A stretch of DNA of 64,000 bases from Blasia pusilla (taxonomy: Eukaryota), in the NCBI GenBank assembly GCA_050084515.1, contig CM114271.1, positions 36,828,001 through 36,892,000 of the forward strand. The letters are read 5' to 3'. The position numbers and the translations under genes are program-made. This document shows, in pieces, positions 41,255-53,920 of this stretch. How positions within the stretch are numbered: position 1 is the first letter of the stretch; each line of letters opens with the position of its first letter. The notes beneath the pieces are model-generated. The model searched no databases. It was not told the origin of the DNA and saw nothing but the letters and a program-made list of their open reading frames with translations.

Positions 41255-42544
41255 TTGCGGGTATGGGGAGATGGTAGGATACGAGTGGTACCTCATCCTT
41301 CCCAGCGAGCACGTGTAGTGCGACATGCTCATGAGGAGTTGAGACATTTTGGAGTAAAGCGTACTTACAACTTACCCAGGTTCGATATTGGTGGCGCGGC
41401 ATGCATCTTTGGGAATCTGTTGTTTGTGGCGGATGTATGGTATGTGACAGAGTGCGAGCATCCTTCAATGCTTCCACTCCGCAGTTACATCCTTTGCCGA
41501 TTATCGATTTAGGTTATCGGTGGAGTTTAGACTTAACGGGACCTTTGCCATTGACAGGGCGTCATCATAGGTACGTGTTGGTCATGGTGGAGCATTTCTC
41601 CAAGTGGATAGAGTTGGTGGCACTACCGGACAAAGCGGCGAGGAACGGCTTATGCATTTCTAGATCGTGTGCTTAGTCACTTTGGTGCACCGGCGGAGGT
41701 GTTGACTGACCAAGGTACTGAGTTCAGGGGAGAGTTTCAGGCCTTGTGTGATCAGGCGCTGATAGATCACCGCACCACCTCCAGAGATCATCCTGAGGCG
41801 GATGGGTTGGCGGAGAGAGTGGTACAGACGGTGAAGAGAGGATTACGCAAGTATACGTGCGATTGAGGGAGTGGGATGTTGCCATGGTTGGCTATGGGTT
41901 ATCGCTTTAGTCGCGCGCAATTGTGCGCCATGTCATCTTCGAACGAAGATGGGGACGGTGGATCCGAGCTTGGCGCGATGGTACATCCAGGCTTGAGTTG
42001 TATGTTGTGCGGATCTGGTAGCCACCATGTTGGTATGTGATCGAGGCTTATGCATTTCTAGATCGTGTGCTTAGTCACTTTGGTGCACCGGCGGAGGTGT
42101 TGCGACCATGTCATCTTGAGTTCAGGGAGAGTTCAGGCCTTGTGTGATCGGGGCCGATAGATCACCGCACCACCTCGAGAGATCATCTGAGGCGGATGGG
42201 TTGGCGGAGAGAGTGGCCAGGCGGTGAAGAGAGGATTACGCAAGTATGGCTTGCAGCGGGTACAGTTGAGGGAGTGGGACCTACAGTTGCCATGGTTGGC
42301 TATGGGTTATCGCTTTAGTCGACGCAATTGTGCGCCATGTCATCTTCCGAACGTAGATGGGACGGTGGATCCGAGCTTGGCAGTGGTACCTGCAGGCTTG
42401 AGTTGTATGTTGTGTGGATCTACGAGGGGTGCAGCCACCATGTTGGTATGTGATGGTTGTTCTCGAGGGTGGCATATGTCATGTCTGACCCCCCCTCTTG
42501 ATGTGGTTCCCACGGGACGATGGATGTGTCTGAGTTGTGTATAG
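41255..42544 (+). pseudogene. DDE integrase with C-terminal PHD finger, element C
   Basis: HHCC (AHEELRHFG...CMVC), WSLDLTGPLP, VLTDQGTEF, HPEADGLAERVVQTVK; PHD CMLC...LVCDGCSRGWHMSCLTPPL..VPTGRWMCLSC. Confidence 0.92.
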
Positions 42545-42762
42545 GGTAGTAGGTCATGTCAGAGAGATGTGATATTTTCTATCTGGAGTTAGGGGGATCA
42601 AACTGCCAGCTAGGGGGGCAGTTGTGTGATCTCCATGTGTATGTATGAGTTGATTTTTGTACATGTGTGGATCGACCCGTGTGCGGGGAAGATCGGTGTT
42701 GTGTGGTGTAGATGTGACGAGCGATGTATGTTGTGTAGCGATATATATGCGCACGACAAGGT

Positions 42763-44201
42763 AGAGCTTTTAGTCCGCAGCGCATCTTCTTGGATTCAGG
42801 AGCGCAACCCCTATTGTTGGGGAAAACGACATTTAGAGGATTGGGCTTGACCAGAGCCGATGTGGAGCGTTGTCCATTCCGGATACATACATCCTTGGTT
42901 GGAGCAAGTACCACACACTATATCACCCAACATGAGGTTGTGGTAAGGATTCACGATGGACATCCTACAAATGAGTCTGTGGTGCGAGCCAAGGTGATAG
43001 TGATTGATGCAGAGACCTACAATGTCTTGGTTGGTGGAGTAGTGTTGTACGCTATGGGGTTTTCGTGGATTATTGGGAGGAGTCGTAGACCAAGATGGCA
43101 ATCTGGTGATGGATGACTTTGTTCATTCCCCGTTTGATTCACAAGTGTAGTGATCGAGCGGCGGCCATAAGAGATGGCGACCTAAGCAGCATTTAGCAAC
43201 GCCATCACTTGGCCTAGTGATTTGATTGAGGGACATGTCCATGCTGAGGATAATCCCATTCCTGATATTTCTATAGAGAGGAGTGTCATGGTCTCCGCAT
43301 CAATCCGTAGAGGAGAGGTGCCGCTTTGGGGCTCAACTGAGGAGCTTCGACGTTTAGCCACTGAGCATGTGCAGATCGCGTGGAGCGAGACATTTACACC
43401 AGAGCGTGACGGGTCATAGGAACCAAAGGTATCCGAGAGTGCTACTATGACCCCTTTGGACACCACCCCGATTGTGTGGTGCATTCCAAATGAGGGTCTT
43501 CGCGTGTTAGATGTCTTTGGCGAGATTAGCACTGGTTTAGCTTTTTTTTTACATGCATGAGTACACGTGCATCAGTACTTGGATATGGAGATTGATAATG
43601 TTGCGAGGCGCGCTTTACTTCACCATGTGGCGTAGTTACGCCTCCATTTTTCGGCCTTGTTCTTTGCGTCCGCTGTCCCGGGATATCATAGTTTCCTACC
43701 GAGGGATATTTCATTGCTAGGGGTGTAGGACTTGGAGCGAGTAGGGACCATAGACTTGGTCATTTATGGTTGGCCGTGTTAGGGCCAATGGAGTGTTGAC
43801 TCTTGATCCAGGTTATTTTGGGAGATGATGCGGATTTTGTGACACTTGCAGGAGCATCAGTTCCGTTCTCCAGCATACATTATAAAGAATGTGCCGAACC
43901 TAGGAGATTTGAGGTCACGGGTGGTGACAAGTGCACATCATGTGCGTGCATGGATCGGCTCAGTAGTGTTTTTGGATGCGGCGAGTGTAGTGTAGGTTTT
44001 GGAGCTCACCGCCCCCATCTTTGGTGGACCAACTTGGTGCCACATGAGGTGTTGCAGAGGGCATATGCGCGAGTGGAGCGCCCCATTGATTTGTTGGTGG
44101 ATTCCATTCTGGATCCAGGTCGTCGATCATAGACGGTGAGGCATGATGATAGACCGCCGTTGACTGTGGTGAAGAGGATTGGCGTGCCACAAGCAGCCTT
44201 G
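42763..44201 (+). pseudogene. Protease and DNMT motifs I-VIII of element B
   Basis: FLDSGAQPLLLG; GLRVLDVFGEISTGL (~43495); IDLVIYGWPC*G (~43750-43785); YIIKNV; AHRPHLWWTNL. Confidence 0.88.
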
Positions 44202-44429
44202 GAATGAGAAAGAGATAATTATATTATAATAAAAATTTAAATAAAGAATATTTATTTTGACAATCCACATTCAATTATAAAATTAGCATCATTTGAGAGG
44301 ACATCGATAATATGGAATACTTTCAATACATAATAATAATAATATAGCTACTATTTGATCTAGTCACAAACAAGTATTAAACCTACTAAAATAAAATAGT
44401 ATTAAAAAAATAAAATATTAGATATGTGA

Positions 44430-44430
<1 letters not shown>

Positions 44431-44468
<38 letters not shown>
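44431..44468. repeat. (AAT)n microsatellite
   Basis: Directly visible within an AT-rich block. Confidence 0.95.
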
Positions 44469-44470
<2 letters not shown>

Positions 44471-44952
44471 TCAGAAAAAAAAGTGAACCAGAAAAATATG
44501 TTAAAAAAAAAGAGAGTAATAAGATGGAAATCTTGAATACAAAACTCTCAATGATAAATAATATCATGTATAAATAGTAAATATTTGATAAAACAATAAT
44601 AAAAAAATCCAAAAACAAAAAAAAATCCATGTTTGGACAACAACAACCTTAAGTATATCATAAATAGGCAAAATTTAATCATTAAAAAAATAAAATTATT
44701 CACACATAATAATTTTAAATAAGAAATAATTACCTAATGGTGTTTTAAAGTTTCTAATCCAACAAGATAACAAATAAAGCTTGAGTACTAATTTGTATGT
44801 TTAAAAAAATATTAAAATAAAGTCCAAAAACTAAATTATCTAAGGCAGTGAGAACGAAGTCTATAGAGCACGGTATAAGATTGTACGTGAACGAAGAGAG
44901 GCCATGGCGTGACATGTTAAGGCGTGAGCAAAGAGCATGTGAAGGAAGTAGG

Positions 44953-45675
44953 TGTCGTGCGTATATACATTGCTACATAAAATACATAATTGTCGACAAA
45001 CATACACACAAACACACACAATCCGATGCTAACTCATGGCATCCAAAAACGAGACAAGAATAATAAAATATCTCCAATAAATCAAGTAGATCCAATCTCT
45101 CTTAACACCATAGCTCTCAAATATGTGCACTCTCACGTGTCTCTCTCAATGTCAAACCAAAGCCACTCTCTTAATGAGAGGCTTGGGTTACACTCACAAG
45201 GCAAGCAAGACCATAGCTCCGCCATCTCATGCCAAGAGCTTCAACAAAGAGAGAATGAGCTCTCAATCTTTCTCTCCTTGAGGTATACCCCCTTCCCTTT
45301 CCCAAGCTCTCTCCTCGATAACCTATGCTCGCAGGTCACCTCTTTGACTCTTGACATGCTGTAGCGGGTCAAGGGACAACTATAATAAATATGGAAACTT
45401 ATCCAAAATAGCAAGTCTCTCTATATGGCTCCAAATCAGCCGAAACGAAGGGGAAGTCTGATGTCTCAGATTTCCCGAGACGTCAGTAGGTTATCCTTGA
45501 CCTCCTCTACTCGCGAAGGTGCTCTATCAAATCTCTCCGATCTATCCTAAAAAGTCATGATAAGTGTCGTGCGCATACACATCGCTCTTGAAAAATATAC
45601 ACATAAATACGCACAACCCCATGCTAACTCATGACATCCAAACAACGAGACAAGAAGTACCAAAATATTTCCAAT
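44953..45675 (-). repeat. 3' split-repeat block of B/D: B1 (45565-45675), A2 (~45110-45562), B2 (44953-45078)
   Basis: Two copies of a ~110-128 bp B segment bracket one A segment. Confidence 0.9.
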
Positions 45676-48600
45676 CGCCCATCTAGTTGGTGGTTAGGTC
45701 CCTCTAACTCCAAATAGCCATCTATCCGAATCTACAATGACATACATCTCTCAAACGCTAGGAGAAAAGAGGTTGGGTGTTGATGTGGCCCCATTTTTGT
45801 CGTCTTCTTGTCATTAATGTCAGAGACACAAGTCGAAGTCTAGAACTACCTACCCTATGTAAATGTGGGACACATTTATCATCCTTAGGAACCCTAGTGA
45901 GAGGTGGTGTCAGACATGCCATATGCCACCCTCTCGAACACCCATCATAGACTAGCATAGTGGCTACACCACACCCGAAACCACATAACATACATTGCAA
46001 GTATGCACGAACTACTACTAAGATTGGATCAATTGTAGCGTCAATGTTAGAAAGGTGACATGGCGCACAATTACGCACATGGTCCTTTCAAACCATACCA
46101 TCGCGTACCTCCAATAAGAGAACACAGATGGCAAAATCTCATGATGGTGCGCCTTGTAGTCACACCCACCGTTGTAGGTGCCGTATGTTGCAAGTAGACA
46201 TAGTCTCCTTCATGAAACCTCCGGATAGAAGGTCGATAACCACCTCCCCAAATAGTTGTATACCTCAATATATCCTGATGCTGCATAATCGCAAAGTTCT
46301 CAAACGCCATGGGCATCACTCTCCGAAACAACTCAGCCCTCTAAGAACATGCTCGTATCCATACATCATGGTCATCAAGGTTCAACACCTCACCAACATC
46401 TTGACAAATGGCCGCATGTAAATATGGCTCTCGGCCATAAAGCAACAAGTATGGTGAAAAAGACGCTAAGGATGCCTGCCTGCCTGTTGAATCTGTATCC
46501 CATCGCCAAGTATGGCACCTAAAGGTCCCAATCTCTTAGCTGACCTCTTCGCAAGCCATACTTGCGTAATCATCTCTTCACTATCTGCACAACCCTCTCC
46601 GCTAGTCCATCCGCCTCGGGATGATCTTGCAAAGTGGTGCATTAGTCGATCAGCGCTTGATCACACAAGGCTTCAAACTGCCTACGAAAATCAGTACCCT
46701 GGTCTCTCAACACCTCAATTGTTGCGTCGTAATGACTCAACACTCGATCTAGGAAGACATACGCTACTCCCTCACTCGCTTTGTCAAGAAATGCAACCAA
46801 CTCTATCCACTTTGAGAAATGCTCGACAATCAACAACACATAAGGACTCATCAAAGGCAAAGGTCCTAAAAATCATCAAAGGCTAAAAGGACTGCAACTG
46901 TGGAGTCGAAGTATTGAACATGTGTCTCCTAGCGACACCTGGATGCCTCGCCAAACTCGTTTGTTTCACTCCAAAATGACCCAACCGCCGTGGGCATGAC
47001 GCACCAAACGTGCTCTTTACAAAGGGATCCAATCCGCATCCTCCTAGCATCCTCTTTGCTCGCAGGATCCAATCCCGCTCTCTAGCATCCTCTTTGCTCG
47101 CGACACTGCTAGTACACAGGTACTCTGAGACCACTCCATTGTCATGAATGCCTCGACCACTTGTCGTCTCCTCACCGGCCTCTTCATCTAAGGACTCTCC
47201 ATCAGACCTCGCCATCGAAGTCTCAGCAATCTAGCTCTCCATAGCCAACAAGCCCAAATAGGCTAAGGTATGTCATCGTGGCACCAACTTCTCGTCGCTC
47301 TCGCCATGCCAACCAGCTTCAATCACATCTCCTTGACTCAAGCATGGGTTATGTCCCAAACCATCTGCATTCTAGTTGAGTATCTAAGGTCTACGCACCA
47401 CCTGGAAGTCATACTCCATCAACCACGTAAGTGGCTAATGATCTGTAATAATGGTGAAGGGATTGCCGAATAAATAACATGTGAAATGTGCAACAGCCCA
47501 CACCTCAGCCAAGCACTCACCCTCATACAAGCTATACTTTGCCTTTGTAGCGTTGTTCAAGCGACTAGCATAAGCCACCACGAACTCTCTACCATCATCG
47601 CCATGTTGGGTGAGCACGGCTCCAAGCCCCAACATGCTCCAATCAATATGCAACTGGAAAGGACGCCCCTTGATTGGTCTCCTCAATATGTGCGTGGACA
47701 TCAAATTGTCCTTGAGCAGCTGAAATGCTTTCTCCTACTCATCCTCCCATTGCCACTCCTGATCCACCTTGGTCAGCAAGGTTAGCGACTTTGCAATCAA
47801 TACGTACCATCGATAGAAGTTCGCCAGTCCCATGAATGCACGAACTCGACTCACATCTGTAGGGCGTGGAATGCCTGAAATAGCCTCTACCTTCGTTTGG
47901 TGCATACCGACGCCCCTTGGGTATATCGTATGACCCAAGTACTCGCTCTGGTCGTAGAAGAACTTGCCCTTGCCTGGATGTAGCTTCAACCCATGTTACG
48001 ATAATCATCGAAACACCTCCTCTAGATGTCGCTCATGCTCCTCAAGCGTGGCGCTAAAGACTACGATGTCATCAATATAACACCTATAAAAATCTAGACC
48101 TGCCAAGATCCTATCCATGACCCTCTGAAACTGAGTTGTGGCTTTCCTTAAACCGAATGGTAAGAATCGCCACTAGTACAAGCAATCCTTCCCATTAGGA
48201 TTGATACCCCAAAATGTCATCTTCTGCTTGTCCTTCAATCTGATAGACAACTAATGGTATCCGACTCGCAAATCCAATGAACTGAAGACTTTTGCATGCC
48301 CAATCGCATCAAAGATCTCCTCAGGGGTGGGCATGGCATACGTGTCGGACTTTGTTTGCCAATTGATAGGTTGGTCATCTCCACACATCCGCCTATCTGT
48401 CCAATTGCCATGCACATCCTTCTTGGCGAGCATGATAGTGGCAGATGCATACTCTCCGTACGACATCTCTACTAGTCCTACTCCGACAAAGTCTTGGCTC
48501 CTACTCTGAATCACAGCCCTCTCAATGTCACTATTCCTCTAGGGTCATCGGAAGATCGGCGTGTCACTTGACAACTTAATGTGGATCCCTGGACCCTTCA

Positions 48601-49288
48601 ACGTAACCAAATCCTACATGCTAAATGCAAAATAGCTCCTATGACTCCATAGGAACTGATGTATCTGGCGCCGCTCTCCTCCTGTCAACTTAGGGCCCAT
48701 GTCTGGCTCCCAAGTCTCCATTATGACTGCGGTAGGACTCTCCAACGCGGGTGTAGGTGGTTGCTATGATGCAACCCCGTTTCGAAAAACGGAACTCGAC
48801 TGCTCTCTTGCAGCCAACTGCAAAATTTGATCTCCATGTGCAATATCTGGAACCATGCTCGATGTTGTGGCTACCATCTCTTGGCGTACCTACAAAATAT
48901 CCCAAGAAGTCCAGGGGTCTCTCTCCTGATCACCCCTGGTGTATCAATCTCCTCGGGTCTTGCCCCCAACCACTGCCTCAACCGTCTCGGTAGGCATGGG
49001 GCTCACCGACGCAACAGTTGTGATATGTCGCATCCTCAAACGATGTTGCTCAGCTACTCCTAAGCTGAAAATCCATGTCAAGCAATTCAGGTCCATCGCC
49101 CGATCCAAGATATGATGTCGTGATGCTTGTGAAAGTGACGGTTTTATCGTCACTCTTGTGGAAAATCCCATCGCTTGCTCACGCTCATCGGCATTGGGCT
49201 CCACCAACCTGTGTATCTGGTCATCCCAAACCAAGCCAGGCCCGGCCTCCTTGAATGCATATGAAGCAGGGAAACTCACCAATGTGGC
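44953..49288 (-). mobile_element. DNMT-gypsy segment D (3' half of element B, inverted): DNMT C-terminus, RT, RNase H, INT, PHD, B1-A2-B2
   Basis: Begins at TLVSFPASYAF...EREQAMGF...HILDRAMDLNCL. ORFs 48251-48514 (RT), 47435-47704 (RNase H), 46642-46860 (INT), 45758-46078 (PHD). Ends in ...CACGACA followed by CCTA. Confidence 0.92.
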
Positions 49289-52200
49289 ATATTCTCCAAA
49301 TTATGTTTTCTAGTACATGTGTGTGAAAGAATAACTCTCATTACTGAACCAGTCATGGAATATGATTTGTAAATGATTGAGTCATTTCTTATACTATTTG
49401 AGTGATAACGTTATGACAGATTTAGTTTTCCCACTCATAAAAAATGCCTAAACCAATAGATTTGTACTTTCAATCATTTTGTGCATAAGTCATTAATGGT
49501 CAAGTCATAAAAACCATAGTTTTCTTCTAATGTAGCTAAGTTGATCCAAATATCTAAACCCTTCAACGTATTAAAGTCATGTGTAATGGAGATGAAGCAC
49601 TCTTTCTAAACCCATAGGATCTCATGTATCCGTCTCCTCTCTCCTCATGTGTACATAGGATGAGTCATCTGGTCCTAAGTGTCTCTTGTGACATCACTAG
49701 AAGACGATTACTCCCAAGTATTTGGAGTTTGTTACATTACATGATCCAAGGGAAATGGGGGGATACTTTAGGTTGCTTTTACATTGGTTCAGATATTTGG
49801 ACTTCCAAATTGTGGAATCTTAATCGTGTGGGTTGGATTTTTGTTCAAAAGGGGGTAAGAGGAATCAAGAGTCACTCAAAAAGTAACAAGATATCTACAT
49901 CTAGCCAAAAATAAATTCGATTCTAGAGAGCCATAAATGGTCATAAAACTTGTAAGTGCAACTTCAAACCCATGTTTCAAAGATTTTCATGATAATTTTA
50001 CTCTTGCTGACTAGGTGTAGTTTTCATAATCTTGTGGTAGACAAAAGGATTTTATGAAATTTGAAAATTTTTCAATTTGTAGAGATTTTCAACGATAGGT
50101 AGCTTATGACTTCATATTTAAAGAGTAATAATAAGTTACATCCAAAATTAAAATATCGCATGATGCCAAAACATGGCAAACAAATATTTCTAGAAACCTA
50201 TTGGCATCCTTCTAAAATTGGAAATCCTATTAGCATGCTTCTTATGGCTCTCAACCCAACCATCGATTCGAAAGTTCAGTGATGGTTTGTACATCTTTGC
50301 TCGATGCGTTTGTCTAGATCTTTACTATGATGGAATTATTTTGTCACAATTGTTTAAAAACAAAATATTCATCCTAAATGCATCTTAGGTCTAGCCATTA
50401 TGATCTCAAATATAGAGAATCCCCAAACACTTGGTCAAGTTCCAAACTAGGTTGCAATCCCTTTGGTACGCAACTCTCGTGTGAGTTGAGCTCTTCTCAA
50501 CTTTCGTTTGGAATTTGGCCTTACTCTAATAGGTTATACCCCCATTATTTGATATACCCATTAAGGCTTGCATCTCGCTTTTGCAACTTGTGTCTTACCT
50601 GTGAGGCTCTAACGTGCTTTCATCCTGGTGTGAGCCTACTAGAGTTCCAATGATGTTTACCGTTGAAACTTTGAGATTTATTCATATTCTTCTTTAACAT
50701 CCATTTTTTTTCTTATCCCAAAAAAATTGTGAGACTCGATTCCATTAGAGAAAAAACTAGTTGCCAAGTGAGGAGAGGAATCTAATAAAGTTGGGAGGAA
50801 AAGCGAAGATGGAGTAGTTTGGAAATGAAAGGGATTTTTTTTTGGTGGAGATTTCATTGTTCGCAAGTGCCTTCATAAGGGCCATGTGAGTTTTTTTTTA
50901 GTGCATTTGTAATATTCAATACTTGCACTTTGCGATTCATTTGTGAATTACACTCCCAAACCTCAATGCAAGGTGTTTTCCAATCTTCTACGTATCTCTA
51001 GACTTGCAAACGTGAGATACTTGCAAGTGACTTGCAATCGACTCACAAAGTTCGGAATAGTCGCAAAATATAGTTTATCACTATAATTGGACACATAAAT
51101 GGCTTGTAAATGGCTTGCAAAAACTGGACTTGCAAATCTAAGCACATAATCTAGGCAGAAAGGCAACCTAGAAAAAATGAAAAAATGATGAACGTGCGCA
51201 TGTCATCCCCAACTTTGAAAATTATGTGTGCCTAGATAGCGATGCATGGAACCTTGGATACACAAAGATGATAATCCAATCTCACATATGCCATGTTAAC
51301 AAGCTCCTTGAAGTCCCTCTCCCTCTCTCGACGTCTGCTACTACTTGAGTTGGTTTTCTCGTTTCAACTGATGCTTCTATTGGTGGTATTTCCACTATTG
51401 TCGCCAATGGACCTAGCATGTGCATCCAAATCACATATATTGATGTATGGTTGTGCTCATCCATGTTGCGAGCCATGATGCCGACTACTACTCAAATATA
51501 TTGATGGAATGGATCCTCATTTTAGATGTAAAAGCTTTGATTGAACCCAGACTAGATACCTCCCTCTTCCAACTTCCCTAATCCTTGCTTTCATTTGGTA
51601 TAGGCATCTATGGTGCTAGACAAGATTAAAATTAAAGATTACAAGAGCTTGGCTAAAAAGTAGAGAGTAGAAATCATGATAGGGAGAGAGAATGATAGGG
51701 AGAGAAAGGAAATTTCAAATCTTGAAAGGAGAAATATGATGCAAGGAAAAAACTTAATGGATTGGGAGGTAATGGGGAAGAGTGGCTACTTTTCCCTCTC
51801 CATAGTTGCAAATGGAGTTTCCTGACAGTGTTGTGATAGTTGCATGATTTTGGCAACTCTAGGGGATCATATCAAGCCACGAAAACACATGAAGTAGTCC
51901 TTTTGTTCTAGTGTCATGGACTCCATAATATAAGGGATCTCATTTAAAATTAAAGTCTTGTTGACGAATCACTTCTTAGAGTGATAAATATAGAGAATAA
52001 GTGGTGCAATAAGAAAAAAAAACAAGAAGGGGAAAAAATAGGAGTTATAAGCAAGCATTTTCGTGAAAAAAATAAATATAAGAAATGTGATAGAGAAAGA
52101 AAGTGATCAATTTGAACCGTGAAAATGTATGAACTGCCTTTCTAAATAAGTTATGTTATTTATTTTACTATAGGAAATAAGATAAGGTATTTACCACTCA

Positions 52201-53920
52201 CACTATCACTTTTATGCCCATGTGATACACGGGGCTATATGGACCCTCCTCAAGTCACCACGAAGAAGGAGTCCATGCAATTTTGCATTGCCTTCTTTGT
52301 TGATAAAAGAAGGATTCCTCCTTTATTCTTCTATTGTTTTATCTCATTTCTCCATGAAAGATCATAGAAGAAGATGGGAAGATGGAGAAAAACCCATTTT
52401 ATTTCTCCTTTAGCATGGGTAGGGATTGATGAGACATCCATCAATCTCCAAAATTCCAAGACTTTAACGTGGTAGGAAAAAAATTTTGGGGCATAGAGAG
52501 TTCCTTTGTATTTTCTATTCTAAGATGTCATGATGACATACTACTCTAGAGATAACATATAAATATATTTCATCCTTCTTTGTTTATATAATGATGTAAT
52601 TCAAGGTTACTATCTTCTTCTATATCTTGTGGTTCATTTAGATTATGCACCTACTATTTATAATATTAATCTTTTGTGTGGCAAAATCTCACATCTGACA
52701 TCAAACAGATGTCAGATGTGAGACAACATGTGAACAGTCATCGGATTGGAGAAGGGATATAAGATATAATATCAGTGCTTTCAAAGGGCACCCAATGTTC
52801 ATGCCAACTCATCCCTCCAAAGATTCTACACAATTAGAGGAATATTTATAACATTTGTTCATACGAGAGATATGTTTTAAGCACCGTTTTGACTACTCAA
52901 CACAATATCAAGCAAGGATCACTCTAAATTAGTAACAAAGTGCCCATGCACTTGTTGATTTTCCCCACTCAATTAGCCATCATTGACCATGATTTCCTCG
53001 TCAGATTTCTCTCAAGTACTCTCATCCTCAGATATAATATCGATTGCCATTGCACTTGAGAAATTCTCAAGAATTGATAAGCCTCTCCCTCTTCAATTCC
53101 TCTCAAATCTTTTGTACTTCAACAAATTTCCCAATTATGAAATATGATCTTGATTTCGTGAATTTTTTGCCCCATGTACTCCCATATGGTCAGGATTCGT
53201 ACTTTTCCAAGTTTTGAAACATAAAGCATCTCAATTTTCCTCTAATATTAATTGATTATCAATATCTCTTACTATTGAAAAATAATGAGGATCTTTCTTA
53301 AATACCAAATCAAGCTTCACATATACACTCAAAAGGCAAAAGGGTCCGTAATGTAAAGTTGATTTGGAACGTACTATTATAACATTCACTCCCACCATAT
53401 ATGGCTCAACATTCACTTAATGATACACCTTGCGATAATAGTAACAAAATATGAGATAATCTTCACTTTACTATGAATGTGTGATCTTTGATCAACCTTA
53501 TGCCACTCTTACTCAAGAGAATCCATGCTAAATACAACAACATAGTTACTCCATCACGGATCCAAACAAGGCTATTATCGAGGGAAAATAACTCCAAATG
53601 AGCTCCTATAGGGATATAATCCTTCTCCCAAAAAATATATGTTAAATCTACAAATATATGCATCAAGATCACACCACTGCCCTCTTAAGTTTCGATTATG
53701 ACTCCTAACTCCAAATAACACTTAACATATCTAACATTATATAATCCTCTTATCTACGTAGTTTAAACATGTCCATTCTCCTATGGGAGAGATGTTGAGA
53801 GGGAGGATAAAGCATGACATATGCCTCCATTTATAACAACCTTCATGCTAGTTGCAACCTTCAAAGATCCTCACAACATCCATCAAAATCCCATAAGTAC
53901 AACTACATACCGAGCTCATA

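Larger units (their letters stand above)
36046..42758 (+). mobile_element. DNMT-gypsy element C (6.7 kb, internally deleted), nested in B
   Basis: TGTCAC...CACGACA termini flanked by AGGT (36042-36045 and 42759-42762). Contains knuckle remnant, PR (LLDSGAQP near 37535), DNMT, RT, RNase H, INT, PHD, purine tract CTAGGGGGGC near 42610 and one B-type end. Confidence 0.93.
32059..44201 (+). mobile_element. DNMT-gypsy element B (5' half): repeat A1, leader, gag, protease, DNMT N-terminal part; interrupted by nested element C
   Basis: Starts TGTCAC after CCTA. gag from 33911. The frame LQLESRGG/RAFSPQRIFLDSGAQP rejoins across the C insertion. Ends mid-DNMT at KRIGVPQAAL (44201). Confidence 0.88.

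Noticed and set aside
32059-49288. Classification as a DIRS/PAT tyrosine-recombinase element because of the split repeats
   Set aside because: No tyrosine recombinase motif seen; a DDE integrase, TG..CA ends and TSDs are present.
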